Assembly: GCA_052279835.1 (NCBI GenBank)
Contig: CP181291.1
Coordinates: forward strand, 2,048,001 to 2,112,000
Direction of reading: 5' to 3'
Length of the DNA stretch: 64,000 nt
Source of the DNA: Microcoleus sp.
Lineage (GTDB): Bacteria; Cyanobacteriota; Cyanobacteriia; Cyanobacteriales; Microcoleaceae
The translations under genes and the position numbers were made by a program. Under the pieces are notes generated by a model. That model did not search any database. It was given only the letters and a program-made list of their open reading frames with translations, and was not told where the DNA came from. This document shows positions 60,950 to 64,000 of the stretch, in pieces (position 1 is the first letter of the stretch; each line of letters starts with the position of its first letter).

Positions 60950-62308
60950 TCAACGCAAATTATCCGGTACTTTCGCCGAGGGTAGATCTAAGTAATTGTA
61001 AACAATGCGCGAAATTCGCCGCACAAAATCTCTCACAATCGGGTCATTATAAGGACGTTTGACAAAAATTGCCGCCAAATAACGCTTCCCATTTGGCATA
61101 TCAATAATTCCAGCATCGCCAACTACAAAGCCAATATCTCCCGTTTTATCGGCAATTACTGCTCCCGCCCCTAAACCGGAAGGAAGCAGGGTTCTAGTTG
61201 TTGTATGTCGCAATAATTCTAAAGCCTGTTCTCGGCTAGATTCCGAAACTAATTTATCGCGAGATAGCATCGATAGCAGCTTCACCATATCTACAGAACT
61301 GGTTGTATTTGTTCCTTGAAAATCTCCCAACCAATTGCGAATTCTTGTATCAGTTAATCCCCAACTGCGAAAACGTTCGTTGAGCTTCGCAATTCCCCCC
61401 AAACGTTCAATAATCATGTTGGTGGCTGTATTGTCGCTGATGGTAATCATTTTATCTATGGTTTCTCTGATGCTAAACCGAGTGCCATCTGGTTCATCTT
61501 GCATAGTTCCAGAGCCGCTGGCCACTAAGTCGGATTTCATAACTAATGTTTCATTCAAGCTAACTTTGCCAGCGTCTACATCTTGATAAAAGGCAATCAG
61601 GATTGGTAATTTGATGGTACTGGCGGCGGGAAATACCCGATCGCCCTTGATATCCAAATAGTTGCCTGTATCTAAATCCAGAAAAAACATTCCCGCACTC
61701 AGGGATTTATACTGTTCGATCGCCTTTTCAACTTCTGGCTTAATCGCTGTCATTTCCGAACCGATTTGCATCCCCAAATCCCCGGAATAATTTCTAGGAT
61801 TCGTCGCTTTCAGATTCGGTAAAATTTGAGGATCTTTTTGTTCAAACTTAGTAATATCTTCTGATTGAAAAGACTCATTCCCTGCTAACAGCTCTGGATT
61901 TGGCAACTGAAATGACCACCTATTTGCCGATTCTTTGATAATTCGTACTTGTTGCGGGTCTAACTTATAACCAGGATTTAATTGAATCACTAATCGGGTG
62001 GTTTCTGGGTCAAATTGCCCGAGTCTTATTTCTTTAATAGCTGAATTATAGCTTTGAGGAGTTTCGGGATATTCGAGGACAATTCCGGGCAGATCGATTA
62101 CTAAACGGGTGGGATTAGGAATTAATTTAACTGAGGGCTGAACGCTGGTATCTGTGGTTACATTGAGTTGATTTTGATTCGCATCAAAGTGCCATGATGT
62201 CAAGGTATCCGCTTTGGCTGGGAGGGCGATCGCCCAAGCACTAATTAACGTAGCCAACAGCCATTGTAGTTTTAAAGTCATGGGTGGAGAGAAAGAGGGA
62301 ATTGGCAT
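60950..62308 (-). CDS. AMIN-domain serine hydrolase (class A beta-lactamase-like PBP)
   Basis: AMIN (NPTRLVIDLP), SxxK (STIK), SDN, KTG. Confidence 0.9.
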   Translation of the reverse strand: MPIPSFSPPMTLKLQWLLATLISAWAIALPAKADTLTSWHFDANQNQLNVTTDTSVQPSVKLIPNPTRLVIDLPGIVLEYPETPQSYNSAIKEIRLGQFDPETTRLVIQLNPGYKLDPQQVRIIKESANRWSFQLPNPELLAGNESFQSEDITKFEQKDPQILPNLKATNPRNYSGDLGMQIGSEMTAIKPEVEKAIEQYKSLSAGMFFLDLDTGNYLDIKGDRVFPAASTIKLPILIAFYQDVDAGKVSLNETLVMKSDLVASGSGTMQDEPDGTRFSIRETIDKMITISDNTATNMIIERLGGIAKLNERFRSWGLTDTRIRNWLGDFQGTNTTSSVDMVKLLSMLSRDKLVSESSREQALELLRHTTTRTLLPSGLGAGAVIADKTGDIGFVVGDAGIIDMPNGKRYLAAIFVKRPYNDPIVRDFVRRISRIVYNYLDLPSAKVPDNLR

Positions 62309-62445
62309 CCACTCGAAAGCGATGGGAACAGTGTTCTGAACCGCTGTCGTGGCGAGTCGTATGATATCATACAGTCAACTCTTGCCCTCTGCCGTATATT
62401 TTATTATTTTATTTTAGAATAATCAGTGGACTCAGTTGAGATAAT

Positions 62446-62793
62446 CTAGATAAACTCAAGTTGGGCGATCGCCTGATTTCTCGCATTCTCTATGGCATCA
62501 ATCATCGCTTTCACAAATACTTTTCCTTGAGCTACAAATCGTCGCTCGCTCAAATGGTCATAAGCTTGCCAATCTCCGCTAACTTCCGCATCTTGCCACA
62601 AAAACCAGTCGCGGTAAATTTCACCGCTATCAATATCATCGCACAGAGCTAGCCAATCATCTCCAGTCAGAACATTGGCATCTAATGCTACCAATTCTAG
62701 CCAAGCTAGTGCTGTGCAAGCATGGATCGCCTCAGCATCAACTAAGTCACATTTTGTAGTTGTAGGTAGCGGAAATTCAAGGGTAGACTTCAT
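62446..62793 (-). CDS. Hypothetical acidic protein
   Basis: 115-aa ORF with ATG after AGGT; no recognised motif. Confidence 0.5.
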   Translation of the reverse strand: MKSTLEFPLPTTTKCDLVDAEAIHACTALAWLELVALDANVLTGDDWLALCDDIDSGEIYRDWFLWQDAEVSGDWQAYDHLSERRFVAQGKVFVKAMIDAIENARNQAIAQLEFI

Positions 62794-62824
62794 GATTTAT
62801 ACCTAATTTAATCCATGAATGTTA

Positions 62825-62995
62825 CTATTTATTAAACGGACTAAATGCCACGGGAAAAGTTTCCCTCTGATGAATCTCTGAGCGATCAAGCTTGGCAGCG
62901 GCTGATGCTTCAGTTAAGTTGTTCAGGGTGTTAATGGTGAATATGGCTGTGGTTGCTAAAGCTGCCATTGCCAGTCTGTGTAAAACATTGTTCAT
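62825..62995 (-). CDS. 56-aa putative secreted peptide (not in the ORF track)
   Basis: MNNVLHRLAMAALATTAIFTINTLNNLTEASAAAKLDR...; purine-rich RBS; 31 bp upstream of the next ORF. Confidence 0.45.
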   Translation of the reverse strand: MNNVLHRLAMAALATTAIFTINTLNNLTEASAAAKLDRSEIHQRETFPVAFSPFNK

Positions 62996-63268
62996 TTTCG
63001 TGCCCCTTTTTGCTTGATGTATGTACTATAAAAAGTTAATCAATTAGGCACGGGGGAGATTGGGGAGTTAAGCATTTTTTTAGGTTAAAATATGTTTAAA
63101 TTTTGAAGTGGTTGACCGGATAGGGTTTGAGGGTGCGATCGCTAATAAAATTTGAATAATTAAAATTAAGTGAGTTGAAGGTGGCGGACTATCTTCCTTA
63201 AAATCCCTTAAAATAGGTAGTTGATAGGTTAAACTTCCTAGATTCCTTCTCCTTTAAGTGCAAGCGAA

Positions 63269-64000
63269 GTGATCAAGTCAAAACGCGATCGCGGTCGAAT
63301 TCTCACCGCCCCAGGCTTAAAGAAGCTGAATGAGGCGATCCAAGAATGGTCAGACCGATATAACATTAGAGGTACTCTCACCGAAGTCGAGGCTGAGTCT
63401 GGCGTTGGTTCCGATACAGTCAGCAAAATTCGGCAGGGTAGAGAAGGTGCAGACGAGAGTAAAATTCGGCAATTGTTTGCTGCTTTTGATTTGACCTTAG
63501 CCCATGGCGACCATCGATCGGCTAAACTAGACGATGGGGAAGATGCCGATGGGCCGAGGAATTTGCCACCGACTGAAGAAACAGTCCCTAACAGCCGAAG
63601 TGTTAAGATTTTTATCAGCTATCATAGCGTTGAGCCCGATCGCGAATTAGGAAAACAGTTGGAAATAGCCTTAAGTGCGATCGGGCATACAGTCTTTACC
63701 ATCGAAAACAGCATTAAATTAGGAGATAATTGGTTCGAGCGCATTAACTACTTCCTCAAAGAATGCGATTATTTACTATTGCTATTGCCACCAACTGTCA
63801 ACCAAAGCGAACTGCTAACTTATCAAGTTCAGCAAGCCAAAGAATTGCAAGATTCTCGCCCTGACAAAAAGCCAGTAATTTTGCCCATTCGCGTCGGTTT
63901 TCCCCTGAGCGAGCCTCTCAATCACGACTTGCGAGGCTATCTTTACCGCATCAAACAAAGGGAATGGCAAACAACCGCAGATACTCCTATTCTGATCGAA
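63269..64000 (+). CDS. HTH + TIR domain protein, partial (runs off the window; not in the ORF track)
   Basis: GTG start; KRDRGRILTAPGLKKL HTH-type N-terminus, KIFISY, LGDNW..RI...LKECDY, VILPIRV; open to the window end. Confidence 0.85.
   Translation, partial: MIKSKRDRGRILTAPGLKKLNEAIQEWSDRYNIRGTLTEVEAESGVGSDTVSKIRQGREGADESKIRQLFAAFDLTLAHGDHRSAKLDDGEDADGPRNLPPTEETVPNSRSVKIFISYHSVEPDRELGKQLEIALSAIGHTVFTIENSIKLGDNWFERINYFLKECDYLLLLLPPTVNQSELLTYQVQQAKELQDSRPDKKPVILPIRVGFPLSEPLNHDLRGYLYRIKQREWQTTADTPILIE

Noticed and set aside
1..64000. High frequency of GCGATCGC
   Set aside because: This is the well-known cyanobacterial HIP1 site, used here only as a taxonomic clue and junction marker.

Overview
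64-kb chromosomal window from a filamentous cyanobacterium. The Oscillatoriales/Microcoleus-like assignment is inferred from very dense HIP1 GCGATCGC sites, psbN/psbH, XisH/XisI and heptamer STRR tracts. The backbone is housekeeping: ilvA 3' part, RRM protein, aroC, psbN/psbH-tatA-pth, murI, amiC, infC, prfC, tRNA-Ala(GGC), glgA, lpxD and gcvT/H/P. Three accessory zones interrupt it. (i) ~1-10 kb is a mosaic of toxin-antitoxin/nuclease cassettes and remnants, several bounded by direct repeats that contain HIP1 or promoter sequence. It includes an XRE regulator facing an unknown small gene across a double-palindrome operator, and a GNAT toxin whose partner has a transmembrane N-terminus. (ii) ~25.7-28.6 kb is a repeat-bounded island holding an internally deleted Ser/Thr kinase-FGE/CLec gene. 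Its C-terminus has the codon signature of a diversity-generating retroelement (DGR) variable region, but no RT, Avd or template repeat was seen in the window. (iii) ~29.7-34.0 kb has two tnpB-only IS200/IS605 elements and an orphan inverted right end; two TCAA ends supply the stop codons of the flanking host genes. Also present are a HEARO/IscB omega-RNA 5' remnant, an HLR1-linked sRNA candidate, small repeats read in-frame in gcvP and a GTPase, two +1 frameshifts at the same AGTTTCCG context, many MITE/REP-like elements and a partial HTH-TIR gene at the right edge. No CRISPR array or rRNA was seen. All family calls come from motif recognition by eye; no searches were run.
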